A stretch of 64,000 nucleotides of DNA from Chrysomallon squamiferum (taxonomy: Eukaryota; Animalia; Mollusca). The first letter of the stretch is position 1. Each line of letters begins with the position of its first letter. Positions 16,681 to 30,868 of this stretch are shown here, in pieces. Position numbers and translations under genes: made by a program. The stretch is from positions 9,300,001 through 9,364,000 of the forward strand of contig CM022678.1 in the NCBI GenBank assembly GCA_012295275.1, in the 5' to 3' direction. Below the pieces are notes generated by a model. That model was not told the origin of the DNA. It saw only the letters and a program-made list of their open reading frames with translations, and did no database searches.

Positions 16681-18248
16681 TATTTGTTTCTAATTAATGT
16701 AGATCCTTTTTTTTACTGTAAAAATAAAGTTTTAATAATTTAATGATCTTTAAATTTAGGATATTTTTTAAATGTTGAGAAAAATAATAATAATAATAAT
16801 AATACTAAATAATAATATCTAAAATATTAATAATAAAATAACAGCAGCAAATGTTACTGCATTAATCAAATCATTTTCTGAAAAGCTTTTGTTTAATTTG
16901 CTACAAGTATTAAGATGGTATAAAAATGATTAGTAAAGCTGGAAACACTTTATAAAAACATGACATTGACTTAGCTACTTTGTGTACCTTTTATAGAAAC
17001 AGGTCACATTTACTTCACATGAAGAACATTAGGAACATGGAAAAGATGTCTCATACAACAAATATTAAAAATATTATTTGTCATAAGGCATTGAGATTAA
17101 ATATTCAGTTACAATTTACTAAAAATGAAAAAATGTAAGCAATATTTATGTAGAAAAAAAAAAAAAAAAAATAATAATAATAAAATAAAATAAAATAAAA
17201 TTTACTTGAATGGTTTAGCTAAGAAAAATCTCTTGAAAGTAACGGATGTATTTTTTTTTGTTTATAAAAACAAAAAGTGGCTCAATGTTGTCTAAATTAG
17301 GGGTTATATTTCCAATGTAGCTTTTAGTTTATTTTATTCATGGTTATAAGATTTAAAAAATAAATAAGGAAAGAAAGAAATAAAGAAAAGAAACAAACTT
17401 TGTTTAACTATGAAATATTTCTTCAGATATTTAGATATTTTGAAAGACTACACAAACAATTGTAATACACACTTTCTGCATCTGACAAACTACTGCAAAA
17501 AGTGAAAGAAAAACTTTTTGAAAAGCTTGGTGTTTTCATTGTAAAGATATTAAAGAAAAAAAAAAAAACAGAACATTGTCCAAAGGAGCAAAAAATAAAA
17601 AATGTAGAAAACATTTGTCATCATAAATTGTAACCATGACAACAATGTAAAGAGCCAACTGCTGCTGCAGCTGCTGATGATGTCAGGATGATGGTGATGT
17701 GTGTTGTGAGATCTACGTCTTCCTAATACACTTTCTTTGACGTTGCTGGTGGTTTCCCAGTCTTCCAGAGAGAATTATGAATAACAACAGCATCAATGGA
17801 CACAGATAAATGTTTGCTTGATGTCAGTGAAACTTTTAGCTCTAGAATTATATCTGTGAGAAAAACAAAATAATATTAATTAATTTATTACATGGTAATT
17901 AATAAGTAAAACAATAATTCATTAGTATTGACTCATTCCTAATCAGAAAGCATTCTTAAAAACACATTTACATTCACTGAAATATTTTAATCTTAAGCAG
18001 TCAGTTCTGTGACATAATTAATAAATTAAAAAAAAAAATATAAGAAAAGAACTTGAAACTAAATGAAGTATTTGGTTTTTATTAATAAGAAATTATATAT
18101 TGATACATTTTTTATCCTCACTATCTAATCACACCACTGATTAAGTTCTTGTTATAGGCTCTATCATTTTTTTTATTGAGAAACACAAAAATTTAAATTT
18201 CATTTCATCAGTATAAAAATTCACCTAATTATTTTCAGTTTATATTAA

Positions 18249-18279
<31 letters not shown>

Positions 18280-19408
18280 AATAATAATAATAATAACACA
18301 ACTAATTAGTAAATACATTATTTGCAAACACATATTTTAGATTATATTAATGAGCTGCATGTTGAGAAATGTACAAATTTATAAAGATGTAGACAGATTT
18401 AAAATAATATAAAAATAAACTTTCTTATCAAAACTACTTATTTTTATAGCAATGTACATGATGTTAGACATAAAAATATATTAAATATGTACTTACTTAT
18501 AAAAGTATTTATTTATGTAGCAATACCTACTATGACAGTTTAAAATATTAAATATGTATACTCACTTACAAAACCTATGAATCATGTTATTGGTAATTTC
18601 TTTAGGTCCCACACCACAAATTTTGATAACTTCGTCTGTTTCGGGTGTGAAAGAATATAGAGCCCTGTACTGACATCCTCCATCTCGGAACAGAATTACA
18701 AAGTGTTTAGCATCAGACTTAGCCAGCTCCTAGATACACAAACAAACAATTAAATAAAGAAATAAACAAACAAACAAATAAACTAACAAGCAAATAAATA
18801 AACAAATAAATGAATAAATCAACTGGTAAAAAAATATCAATAAATATACTGATAAACAAAAAAATAAAAATAATAAATAAAAAATAAAAATACATATTTG
18901 GTATTTACATAAAGGATTCAAAAGTAGCTAAAGCTGATTTTGTTTTGCAATAATAACAAACGGTATAAAATTAAAGTCATTACTGATAAAATTATAGACA
19001 CTCACACCTATCCTGTAGATTTATTCCACTCTGAGGTATTTCTATAATTCTACAACAATTAATAACAATGACCTGTCAGTGAAAATACCTCAGCACGGTG
19101 ATCAGACTTAGAAATGTATGTTGTCACTGGAACAAAACAAAAACACACAATAACAAACAACAGTAAAATACTGTACATTAACAAGAGTAGGATAAATCAG
19201 AAAAAAGAATTAATTCACTTACAAAAATCTATCTGTTTCTTATTATTGTTTGTTTTCTTAAAGACAATCAAATATAATGAAAGAATAATTCTACAATGAC
19301 CTGTCAGTGAAAATACCTCAAAAGGGTGATCAGACTTAGGTGTTAGTATTACAAAGATACATTATTATTACAAAGCTGGAGTGACAGCATCATCAGCTAA
19401 AATATCAC

Positions 19409-19475
19409 AGTATCAGTTCTCCTATTACTACAACAATGGCAGTGACTATAACTATTGGTATAACAACAAGAACCT
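19409..19475 (-). other. Exon-like segment encoding a hydrophobic, transmembrane-like helix (not CAMSAP)
   Basis: Polypyrimidine tract and ctgcag acceptor, then EVLVVIPIVIVTAIVVVIGELIL. Confidence 0.35.
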
Positions 19476-19508
19476 CTGCAGAGGGAGAGGGAGAGGGAGG
19501 GAGGGAGG

Positions 19509-19548
<40 letters not shown>

Positions 19549-19859
19549 ATTTCTATATAAAATATCCCTATTTTTGACAGATACATATATCAACAACTAA
19601 TGTTTTATTCTAACAGGATTTTTTTTTGAAATTACTAAATTACTAAATGCATTATATAGAGTCTTTTTTTAGAATTATCAAATTATACTAAAAACTGAGG
19701 GAGAGCAAAATCTCTTTTTAACCTTTCACACCAAAAAAAAAATAAAGTAGACTGTTTTCTGACAAGTTCAAAACAAAACAAGAAATAGTTTTGATTACTC
19801 CTAGTATAAATATAAGCTAAAAAATAAATAAAACAATGCTAATGGAAATATGGAAGAAT

Positions 19860-20252
19860 ACTAAGTTATCAAGCTATTTGTATACTACAATTACTTTACT
19901 TATTATTATGGACTCTCCTTGCTAAGTTATCAAGCTATTTGTATACTACAATTATTTTATTTATTATACTACAATTACTTTACTTTTATTATTATGGACT
20001 CTCCTTGCTAAGTTATCAAGCTATTTGTATACTACAATTACTTTACTTATTATTATGGACTCTACTTGCTAAGTTATCAAGCTATTTGTATACTACAATT
20101 ACTTTACTTATTATTATGGACTCTCCTTGCTAAGTTATCAAGCTATTTGTATACTACAATTACTTTACTTATTATTATGGACTCTCCTTGCTAAGTTATC
20201 AAGCTATTTGTATACTACAATTACTTTACTTATTATTATGGACTCTCCTTGC
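19860..20252. repeat. Tandem repeat, 61-bp unit, about 6 copies
   Basis: gctaagttatcaagctatttgtatactacaattactttacttattattatggactctcctt starts at 19921, 20007, 20068, 20129 and 20190. Confidence 0.95.
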
Positions 20253-20889
20253 TCTAATCTGCTTTTCTTATTCTTTGTATTGAGAATATATTACCAATAC
20301 ACAAGTGAGAAGAATGTAAGTTGATATTTAAACAGGTAAGTTAATGTCTGTGTTTCATACCAGTTTGTTGAGAAACATCTCTGTCTGTTCTGCTGTCTGT
20401 ATATTTGTCCCATTCTGATGTTTAGATAACAACACTTGTCTGTTTTGTGGTATGTGTCTGAAAAAGTAAAAACAAAGATAATTTCATTTTTTATTATTTT
20501 TATTAGTAACATTATTTGCTGTTATATGTATATAAATGCCATTTACTGATACAAATGAATGTTTGTTGAAAAATCAGTATCTTTTAAACATATTTCATCA
20601 TAACCTGATTATTGATAAACATGAATTCTGCTGAAATAGAACAAATCTGAAATAAAGAAGAAATATTGTATTTAAGAACAAACACCACATGTTTTTTACT
20701 AGTTCTTTGTATCTTAAAAGGTAAATAATAATATAACTAATGAGAAAGAAAATGTGTTTCTGAAACATGAAGTGACATCCTTTTTAGACAAGATACTAAA
20801 AATATTTTTTTCATATGCATCTTTCGACAGAAAAAAACTAAGATATACTATGATCTTAGATATATCAGGCACTAATCAGGAGCTAGATT

Positions 20890-22175
20890 GGGAAATAACA
20901 TTTTTAGTCTTCCAAGCATGATTGATCCTTAAACCCAACAAACCTTTGCCACAAACTCTTTTTTATCTCTTTACCGATATAATCAACAGATGTAAATAAT
21001 AATAACATTAAAACAATACATAACAACATTAAAAATAGACATGCACACACATGCTTGTCTGCTCTGAAACTTTCACACTGGATTTTAATTGTATTTTAGA
21101 ATAAAAAATGTTTTTACCATTTTTATGACAGAGCAGTATTGATTACTTTAAGTCTGCTAAAGGATATTTGAAAATAAGCATGTCATCTTTTACTTCTAGA
21201 TTAACATTATTCTTAATATATTTGTTAATAAAAACTGAAACTTTGTTTTGAATACAGTCCTGAGTAAGAATACTTTCAAAGCCCTGATAAAAATAATGTC
21301 TGAAAAAATGTATTATATTAATGTTTGTTTCTTTAAGTTCATCTATCAGATGCCTCTTTGACACTGATATTCTGTAAATTGATACAATAATATTTATAAA
21401 TTCTATTGAACAATTTTCAACAGTTAGATGACATCCAAATGTTAATAGTCTCTTTAACTGACCTAATGAAAACCCTGTTTTCTTAAATATTTCATGAAAG
21501 ATACAAATTAGTTCCTTCACAATACAAAAATAAATAAATCTTCATTATCCTTCAAACACACTGGACATACACTAGATGAGATTTTTCCATGTCTACATAA
21601 TTTACTATATGTATATATTACATGATGAGCTGTTCTCAAATCTAAGTCAGTAAATTCAGTAAATTTAACACTGTAGTGTATCCATTTCCAAACTGGTCTC
21701 CAGAATTTATTAAAACCAAGCTCAGTCCATTTTTCTTCACATGTAGGTGCTTTAACATTTTTTGAAAGTAAAATAGAATAAAATATTTTAACTGTAAACA
21801 TACTGACATTTATCACTTCATTATTATGAAACATTTATTTTTCCAGTTCAACCTTTCACATTATTTGGTTCTAAATATACACTTAGAATTTCACCACAAT
21901 CTTTATTCATCAATATCAGAATGTTAAAAGATAAGGTTTTTTTATATAGTCTTACCAAGACACAACTTTTTATATCATTATAGAGTATTTTAATCCACAT
22001 TATAAATTTATCACCGAAATTGAATTTTTTCACAACTTTTAATATAAAACTATGTGACACTCTATCAAAAGCTTTTTCTTGATCCATTTTAACAACAAAC
22101 CCTTCAGTATTATTTAACTCAGCAATATCTGTAACATCCCTCACTACATAATATTATCAGCAACATCTCTTCCTT
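20890..22175 (-). mobile_element. Tx1/L1-clade LINE ORF2 remnant: RT fragment fused by internal deletion to the C-terminal zinc-binding region
   Basis: KGRDVADNI/RDVTDIAELNNTEGFVVKMDQEKAFDRVSHSFILKVVKKFNFGDKFIMWIKILY, then C-terminal VCPVCLKDNEDL. The 3' boundary is approximate. Confidence 0.85.
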
Positions 22176-22500
22176 TTACACATATACACACAAACACACA
22201 CATACACACACACATATATATACACACATACATATGCACATACTTACACACATGCGCATACACATGCACACATATGCATTCGAATAAAAACATCCATACA
22301 CAGATACAAACACACTCACACAGAAACACATACACACACAGCAACTGACTCCCACATAGACAAACACACACCATACAAATACAGACACATTCACACACAC
22401 ATGTAGACATACAAACTTAATACTATACCCATACACACTCACACACATATATATACACACATACACAGAAACACACACACACACACATACATACATACAT
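22176..22500. repeat. Degenerate (CA)n tract
   Basis: Read directly. Confidence 0.85.
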
Positions 22501-22662
22501 ATAACATGCAGAATAAAAACTCACTTTTACACATCATACAAAGATAATTATGTAGAAACAAAATGACACACAGTGCTATAAAGAGACAAGAGGTATATAA
22601 AAATATCACTTGTTTGTAGGTAAAAAGATGATGGAGGTAGAGCATGTTCCGGTGATAGAAGC

Positions 22663-24808
22663 AGAAAACACCAGTAACACAGTCAGTGAAAACACCAGTA
22701 ACACAGTCAGTGAAAACACCAGTAACACAGTCAGTGAAAACACAGTTCAGTCAGAAACCAGCTTAAAGATAACAGCAGTAACACAGTCAGTGAAAACACC
22801 AGTAACACAGTCAGTCAAAACACAGTTCAGTCAGTGAAAACACAGTTCAGTCAGTGAAAACACCTGTAACACAGTCAGAGAAAACACAGTTCAGTCAGTG
22901 AAAACACCTGTAACACAGTCAGTGAAAACACTAGTAACACAGAGAAAACACAGTTCAGTCAGTGAAAACACCTGTAACACAGTCAGTGAAAACACCTGTA
23001 ACACAGTCAGTGAAAACACAGTTCAGTCAGTGAAAACACCTGTAACACAGTCAGTGAAAACACCTGTAACACAGTCAGAGAAAACACAGTTCAGTCAGTG
23101 AAAACACCTGTAACAGTCAGTGAAAACACCTGTAACAGTCAGTGAAAACACCTGTAACACAGTCAGTGAAAACACCTGTAACACAGTCAGTGAAAACACC
23201 TGTAACACAGTCAGTGAAAACACAGTTCAGTCAGTGAAAACACCTGTAACACAGTCAGTGAAAACACCTGTAACACAGTCAGTGAAAACACCTGTAACAC
23301 AGTCAGTGAGAAAACACAGTTCAGTCAGTGAAAACACCTGTAACACAGTCAGTGAAAACACCTGTAACACAGTCAGTGAAAACCTGTAACACAGTCAGAG
23401 AAAACACAGTTCAGTCAGTGAAAACACCTGTAACACAGTCAGTGAAAACACCTGTAACACAGTCAGTGAAAACACCAGTAACACAGTCAGTGAAAACACC
23501 AGTAACACAGTCAGTGAAAACACCTGTAACACAGTCAGTGAAAACACCAGTAACACAGTCAGTGAAAACACCTGTAACACAGTCAGTGAAAACACCAGTA
23601 ACACAGTCAGTGAAAACACCTGTAACACAGTCAGTGAAAACACCTGTAACACAGTCAGTGAAAACACCAGTAACACAGTCAGTGAAAACACCAGTAACAC
23701 AGTCAGTGAAAACACAGTTCAGTCAGAAACTAGCTTATAGAGAACAGCAGTAACACAGTCAGTGAAAACACCTGTAACACAGTCAGTGAAAACACCAGTA
23801 ACACAGTCAGTGAAAACACCAGTAACACAGTCAGTGAAAACACCAGTAACACAGTCAGTGAAAACACCAGTAACACAGTCAGTGAAAACACCTGTAACAC
23901 AGTCAGTGAAAAAACAAAAGAGTTCAGTCAGTCAGTGAAAACAAAAACAAAAATAAAGAACAGCAAAACAGGTGAAAAACAGTAACAGTCAGAAAACACC
24001 AGTAACACAGTCAAAAAAAACCAGTAACACAGTCAGTGAAAAACACAGTTCAGTCAGAAACTAGCTTAAAGAAAACAGAAACTAGCTTAAAGAGAACAGC
24101 AGTAACACAGTCAGTGAAAACACCAGTAACACAGTCAGTGAAAACAGCAGTAACACAGTCAGTGAAAACACAGTTCAGTCAGAAAAACCAGTAAAAGTGA
24201 AAGTGAAAACACCAGTAACACAGTCAGTGAAAACACTTAAAGAGAACAGCAGTAACACAGTCAGTGAAAACACAGTTCAGTCAGAAACAGCTTAAAGAGA
24301 ACAGCAGTAACACAGTCAGTGAAAACACAGTTCAGTCAGAAACCAGCTTAAAGAGAACAGCAGTAACACAGTCAGTGAAAACACAGTTCAGTCAGAAACC
24401 AGCTTAAAGAGAACAGCAGTAAACACAGTCAGTGAAAACACAGTTCAGTCAGAAACTAGCTTAAAGAGAACAGCAGTAACACAGTCAGTGAAAACACAGT
24501 TCAGTCAGAAACCAGCTTAAAGAGAACAGCAGTAACACAGTCAGTGAAAACACAGTTCAGTCAGAAACTAGCTTAAAGAGAACAGCAGTAACACAGTCAG
24601 TGAAAACACAGTTCAGTCAGAAACTAGCTTAAAGAGAACAGCAGTAACACAGTCAGTGAAAACACAGTTCAGTCAGAAACCAGCTTAAAGAGAACAGCAG
24701 TAACACAGTCAGTGAAAACACAGTTCAGTCAGAAACTAGCTTAAAGAGAACAGCAGTAACACAGTGAAAACACAGTTCAGTCAGAAACCAGCTTAAAGAG
24801 AACAGCAG
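22663..24808. repeat. Compound minisatellite: 24-bp and 20-bp units giving way to a 56-bp unit
   Basis: gaaaacacc(a/t)gtaacacagtcagt (24 bp) and gaaaacacagttcagtcagt (20 bp); from ~24240 the unit is cagcagtaacacagtcagtgaaaacacagttcagtcagaaaccagcttaaagagaa (56 bp). Confidence 0.96.
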
Positions 24809-27691
24809 CAGAAAGTGGTGATGAAACAACTACAGCAACAACAGCAGATTTGAAGAAAACAGAATCAAGCATGTTGCATTTTGACTTTATCATATTTCTC
24901 AAAGAAATGTAAAAATAAAATATCTGATCAAAGGATATCGCTACTTTCATGTAAAATGTATTTGCATAATTTATCAGTTTGAAATAAGTCTTATGAAATC
25001 AAAATGTATTTTTTAAGAAAGTTAACATATTTCTGTACAGCTAATATTTTGTTAACAGTTTATATATTTTAAAACAAATATGAGATTCAATACATTACAA
25101 ACAAACTCATTAGTTGATGATAGTTTGTCTTTAACTTATAGCATCTGTGCTGTCTTAATCCAGCCATGCCTGTAAACCAAATAATACAGATCTTTACAAT
25201 ACATACTGTTTTTAGTCACCATGGCAACACATTATATTTCATTTACCGGTTGCCATGGCTATTTTTTATGTATTTTAAATAAAACTCTGCTTTCAGGGAA
25301 TTGGGTAGACTGGAGGCTGCACAAGGAAATGTGTGTCAGACTTACCCATTTTTATTTTACTTTTTATTTTATTTTATTTTGTTTAAAGATTAGAAATATG
25401 TACCCAAGTAATCAGTGTAATAAAGTAAAAATATTCAGTTAATAAACTTTTTAAAGTTGACCTAATAACTGACATTATACATTCTTTATATTAAGATGTT
25501 TTGTTGTTTTGTTTGCTTTTATTAAAAAAGAAATATCTCAACACTGTATTAAATATTATAAAAATAGATATAAAAATCTATTTCTCTTTTTATTGTTGTT
25601 GTTATTTTACATATTTTTAGAATTGTTTCAAATATTATTCATGTTTTTTATTGTTGTTGTTTTTTTATTAAAAAGAAATGTATCAACATTGAAAGACTAA
25701 TTTATTATTATTACATTAAGAGAGTTTTATTTCTCCTTTCATCATTGTTGCTATCACACAATGGTTTGAGGATCGCATTAAATAATAATTAGAATAGCTT
25801 CATTTATCTTTTTATTGTTGTTGTATACATTTATTTAGAATTATCTTAAATATTATTAAAATAGTTTTAATTTTTATTACTGTTGTTTCTGTAGTTATTA
25901 CTATATCAGATTTTATAATTATATTAAATATTAAAATAGTTTTATTTATATTTTTATTGTTTTGGTTTTTTGGGGGTTATTACTTGATCAGATTTTAGAA
26001 TTTATACACACATACACACATATACTATCTATGTATCTATCTTATTCCTCTACTCAAAATTCAGATCCATCAGTAACCATCCATGTATGATCAATGCATC
26101 TCACTAGTTACCTACACATCAATGTCTACATAACTACCTTACATATCTCTTTTTCTGTATGTCTTTCCATATATAAACACACTAAAAAAAAATAGAATAA
26201 AACATTCTGACAGATGCATATATATCTTACAGTCAATGCGTCAAACTAGTCATTTACCTGACACCCAAAACCATCAGAAATTAGGCCTAATGATTAAAAT
26301 TTTCAGGAATTGGGCAAATGACTAAAATTTACAGGTCTTCTCACTTCTTCCTTTTTAATTAAAAACCAAAAAAAACAACATGAATGTTCACATCTCATTA
26401 TGCACTGAACTCTTTATAAAGTGAAAACTGAAATTTAATTTCCAAAAACTCTGAAAAAGAAGCAAGATCAATATAAAAAACAAATAATAATAATAAAAAG
26501 TAAAAAATTCAGTGTATGTCACTGTGAAAAATGAATATTTTACTTAATTTACTGTTTCACTGTTGATTATTAAAAGTGGGTTTATTTGATATTTTTCATG
26601 TGTTTCTGTGGAAAATACATCTTCTTCATGCTTCTTATAGCACTACATGTCTTTTAAAAATAAGTTTTCATTGTTTTTTTTATGAAACAAAATCAATATT
26701 TTTATATTTTCTATTACTGATAATGAAAAATGCATACTGTTCAGTGTTAATAATAATAAATAAATAAATAACAAAACAATATATATATATTTTTAAATTC
26801 TTATTCAGTTATTGTTTAAGAAAATGAAAACTGATATAAACATTACAATCTAAGACTTGCCTAGTTCCATACCAGAAAGTTCTGTATCGTTATTTCATTT
26901 GATGTCTGCCTTGATGTCATAAACATTATTAGTAAGTGAACGTTTCTTATCAGCGAATTCAATATTATCTGTTCTCGTTCAACAGTAAATGCAGATTAAA
27001 AAAAAAAAATTGTGTTTTTTTAGCAGACACAAAGCCAAAAGTGAGTCAGAAACAAGTCTCGATTTCGAGTTTAGTTTCACGTCATCCAAAAAAAAAAAGA
27101 CTACAGTGAACAAAAAAAAAAAAAAAAAAAAAAAACAACAACAACAACAACAACAAAAACCAACAACAACATAACTACTGAGAGGTAATGAGAAGCGATC
27201 ACAGCTACCTGTACTGCAGAATTAGAAACACCAAGACAACATTTTCCTAAACCACTCACATTTCCATTTTTAATAACCTCTTTGAGAAGATCACCAGGAT
27301 TTCAGAGGCAGTCCAGAGAATCAAGAATTTCAGCTGCCTGACTTTTGTGTTACTGCGGCTGAAAAACAGAATTAAAATATTAAGAATAATAATTAAAAAA
27401 AACAATTCAATAATAACATGGAAATAATTTTTAAAACAGAGTTTAATTTGGAAAATGCTGTCCTAGATTCCAGTGGGAAAATGGATTCTCAAACAGGAAA
27501 TTAATTTAATCCTAGGATTAAAGTATTTATACAATTACAAAGATTTCCAGAGTTTTTTTTTTTTTTTTCCTTTGCAATTTTGTGATGTTAACTAAAATTA
27601 TGAAGTAATTAATATATCTAGAATTTACTCTTCAGTTTTAGTTTGAAGTCAGAGTATTAATTATCACATGAGCACATGCAAAATGCATTTA

Positions 27692-27734
<43 letters not shown>

Positions 27735-27943
27735 CAATAAATTGAAATACAAAACTGGAAATAAAGATCCAGTTCGTGTACTTTCTGATGTATAAACATG
27801 GCAGAAACTAATCAATCAGTACAGAAGTATAAACAGCACTAAATGTACAAGTTCAAGACAAAGGAGCTGCTGAATAAAAATCTGTTTTCATACAGTTTTA
27901 CACAGACACACTGGACAAATGTCTGAAGATGTTGTAAGATTCA

Positions 27944-28128
27944 ACAAAGACTCTGAGTATTTCAAAGTCCACACTGCAACACTGTGTGACAAAGACTCTG
28001 AGTATTTCAAAGTCCACACTGCAACACTGTGTGACAAAGACTCTGAGTATTTCAAAGTCCACACTGCAACACTGTGTGACAAAGACTGAGTATTTCAAAG
28101 TCCACACTGCAACACTGTGTGACAAAGA
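27944..28128. repeat. Tandem repeat, 45-bp unit, 4 copies
   Basis: acaaagactctgagtatttcaaagtccacactgcaacactgtgtg repeated. Confidence 0.95.
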
Positions 28129-28346
28129 CAAAACATCTCGACGTGACCTCCAAGCCAAACAACAAGAATAATCTGGTTTTTGATGCAGCTACCTAAGTGT
28201 GGACAGTGTCAGAAATGTCACACACAACAATGAAATGTACACAGTGATATAACCCATTTAGCTGTTCTGGTGGAAATCACTACAAAAACTCTGACCATTG
28301 CTGATCCCTGGCAAAAACTGCAAAGCATCACACAAAATACATGAAA

Positions 28347-28385
<39 letters not shown>

Positions 28386-28538
28386 ATACCCGACAGCTTA
28401 ATTATCACATCTTCATTATTAATGTTTTTATGTGTCTTATTTATCCAGTTCAATTCATCTTAAGTGCTAAAGTTTCTTCTTTCCTGTAAAATGTAATTCT
28501 CTAACAACAATAAATAATATTACTCAAAAAGAACTTAC

Positions 28539-28720
28539 CTTTTTTTCAACTACTGATGTTGCATGCTTTCTTCTCAAAACATCTAGGAACTGTAGGAACT
28601 GCTGACAAAAATATTCTGACTGGAATCTGTTTCTATGGTTTCTGTTAGTATTACTGCTGACATTCTCAACATGAGATAAAATGTCAGACTCTTTCAAGCT
28701 GATAATCACACAGGCAGTGT
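28539..28720 (-). other. Open exon of unknown gene inside the CAMSAP pseudogene span; weak CARD/death-fold resemblance
   Basis: cttacag acceptor and AG|GTAAGT donor; translation TACVIISLKESDILSHVENVSSN...FLQFLDVLRRKHATSVVEKK. Confidence 0.45.
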
Positions 28721-28909
28721 CTGTAAGTAAAAGAGTTTCTAAATGAAAATAATAAAATTACTGATATGGAATTAACTGCGTAAAATGGCATAGTTTTTAT
28801 TATATATTAAGTAAAGTGAGAGAAAATGGCAGGCTACCCAGGTAAAACACAATTAATGAGAACCGGGACATCGACAGATCCTCACTGGTACATTTCAGCT
28901 TGCCCTGCT

Positions 28910-30420
28910 AAGTAGACACAATTTTAAGATCATTTACACAAGTTGTCACAACCAGTTTATCACCAAAATTCAATTTTTATCACAACTTTTATTATAAAAC
29001 TATCTGACACTCTTTCAAAAGCTTTTTCTTGATCAATTTTAACAATTTTAACATCTCTTCCTTTAACACAACAGCTTTGTTCTGATGAAATAATAGTTGA
29101 CATAACCTGTTTAACATGATTAGCAAAAAATTTAGAAATAATTTTATAATCTACATTGAAAAGACTGATAGGTCTGTAATTTTTAAGGTTTCCTTTATCT
29201 CCAGTTTTTTCTTGTAAAAAAGATTAGTTACCCCTTTTTTCATACTATGCGACAACATTTCCTCTTTTTGAATTGAAATAACTACTTGATGAAAAAAAAA
29301 TAATAATATTCCAGTATTTAACATAAAATTCAACTTATAGACCATCCATACCAGGTGATTTATTTCTATTCATTTCTTTTAAAGCTTCAGTTAATTCTTT
29401 AACTGTAATGTCAATCTCACACTTTTCACTTTCAGATTCTTTTATTTGATATTAAATATACTATTTCTTCCTTTTAACAGTATCTACATTTTCTTGTGTA
29501 AATAATTTTGAATAAAATTCATAAGCATATTCTAATATATCTTCCATTTTTCTAGTTAATCCATTTACTGTTTTTAGTTTTTTAATAGAATTTGATTCCT
29601 GTTTTGATTTTTCTAAAGTAAGAAAAATATTACATATTTCTATCCACATCTAAATTCCAATGAGCTTTAGATCTTAAAATAGCACCATTAATCTCTAAAT
29701 TAATTTCAACTTTTCTTCTTTGTATGTTACTCAAATCATGATGCTTATTTACAACTAGTTTAGGATATTCTCATTTTAAAGCATTTTGTATATTGTAACA
29801 TTTTTCATTGTTTAATTGTCTCTTATTTCGTGCAAAATGTTTTATATTTTCAGTTATTTGATCAAAGAACAGGTTCAGTTTGCAACAAAGGACACTCAGA
29901 AGCATTATTAATAACTTCAATAAGAGCTTTACAAAAAAGTTCATCTTTCAACAATTCATTATTAAAAATCTAAATACCTTCACCTCTCTCTACACGAGAA
30001 AAATCTATTTTAAGTGATAAAAAATTGTGAACACTAACTGAGGTATAGGATATGTACACATTACTTATAAACTGTAATAAATTTCTAGAATTTAAAAATA
30101 ACTCAATTTTTGACTGTTTTATATTTTTTTTCAACATTTTGAGATCTAGTAAATTGTTTTTTTTATCTGGATTTCAACCAAATATCAACTAAATTATAAT
30201 TATAAATAACTGACTGTAATTCATCACTACTTAGTATTAATTTTTAAAATCCTGCCTTCAGTGTCACAACTATTAAAGGTCAACTTATAAAGACATTCTT
30301 TTGATATCAGTATTGCTACACCCCTCCAGTATAAACACTAAAACTGAATATGACAAAATCCCAATGTTTCCAGTACAATAATAAAGTTCATAAATTCATT
30401 TAATAAAAGATACAATTCAA
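28910..30420 (-). mobile_element. Tx1/L1-clade LINE ORF2 remnant (end of endonuclease, linker, N-terminal RT)
   Basis: RVERGEGI*IFNNELLKDE, GAILRSKA, FLTLEK, KSPGMDGL, NYRPISLFNVDYKIISK, KIDQEKAFERVS; many stops and frameshifts. Confidence 0.87.
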
Positions 30421-30820
30421 CTGTGGACTTGCAATGTAATCAAAAACTCTCACAAAACTTACTTTCTGCTTCCTGACCATTCAGCAGCTGTCCTGTCTCT
30501 GTCAGTTTTATCATTTCAAACCAGAAGAACAGCTCTGTGAGAAAGGCTAAGAGGTTTTCTCATACACTGTCTCGTGTGTACAGGAGATCCTCGTAGGTGA
30601 AATGGAAAAAGTTGATGGAAGATGCCGTTCACAGAATGTTTTGGTGAGGCGTAGATTATGTAAAGAATTAGCTATTCCTAAACCGTCTTTCAAACATATA
30701 TCTGAGGAAAAAATAAACAAAACTGAGGCAATTAATATTTAATAACACAGTAAAAGAGGTTAAGGAGGATGAAAAGGATGTGAGACTGACAGACACAGAC
30801 AGACAGACAGAGAGACAGAC

Positions 30821-30868
<48 letters not shown>

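Noticed and set aside
22610-23753. Mucin-like TQSVKTPV/ENTCNTVS repeat ORFs as a real gene
   Set aside because: The frame is repeatedly broken by 20-bp units, and no splice sites were identified.
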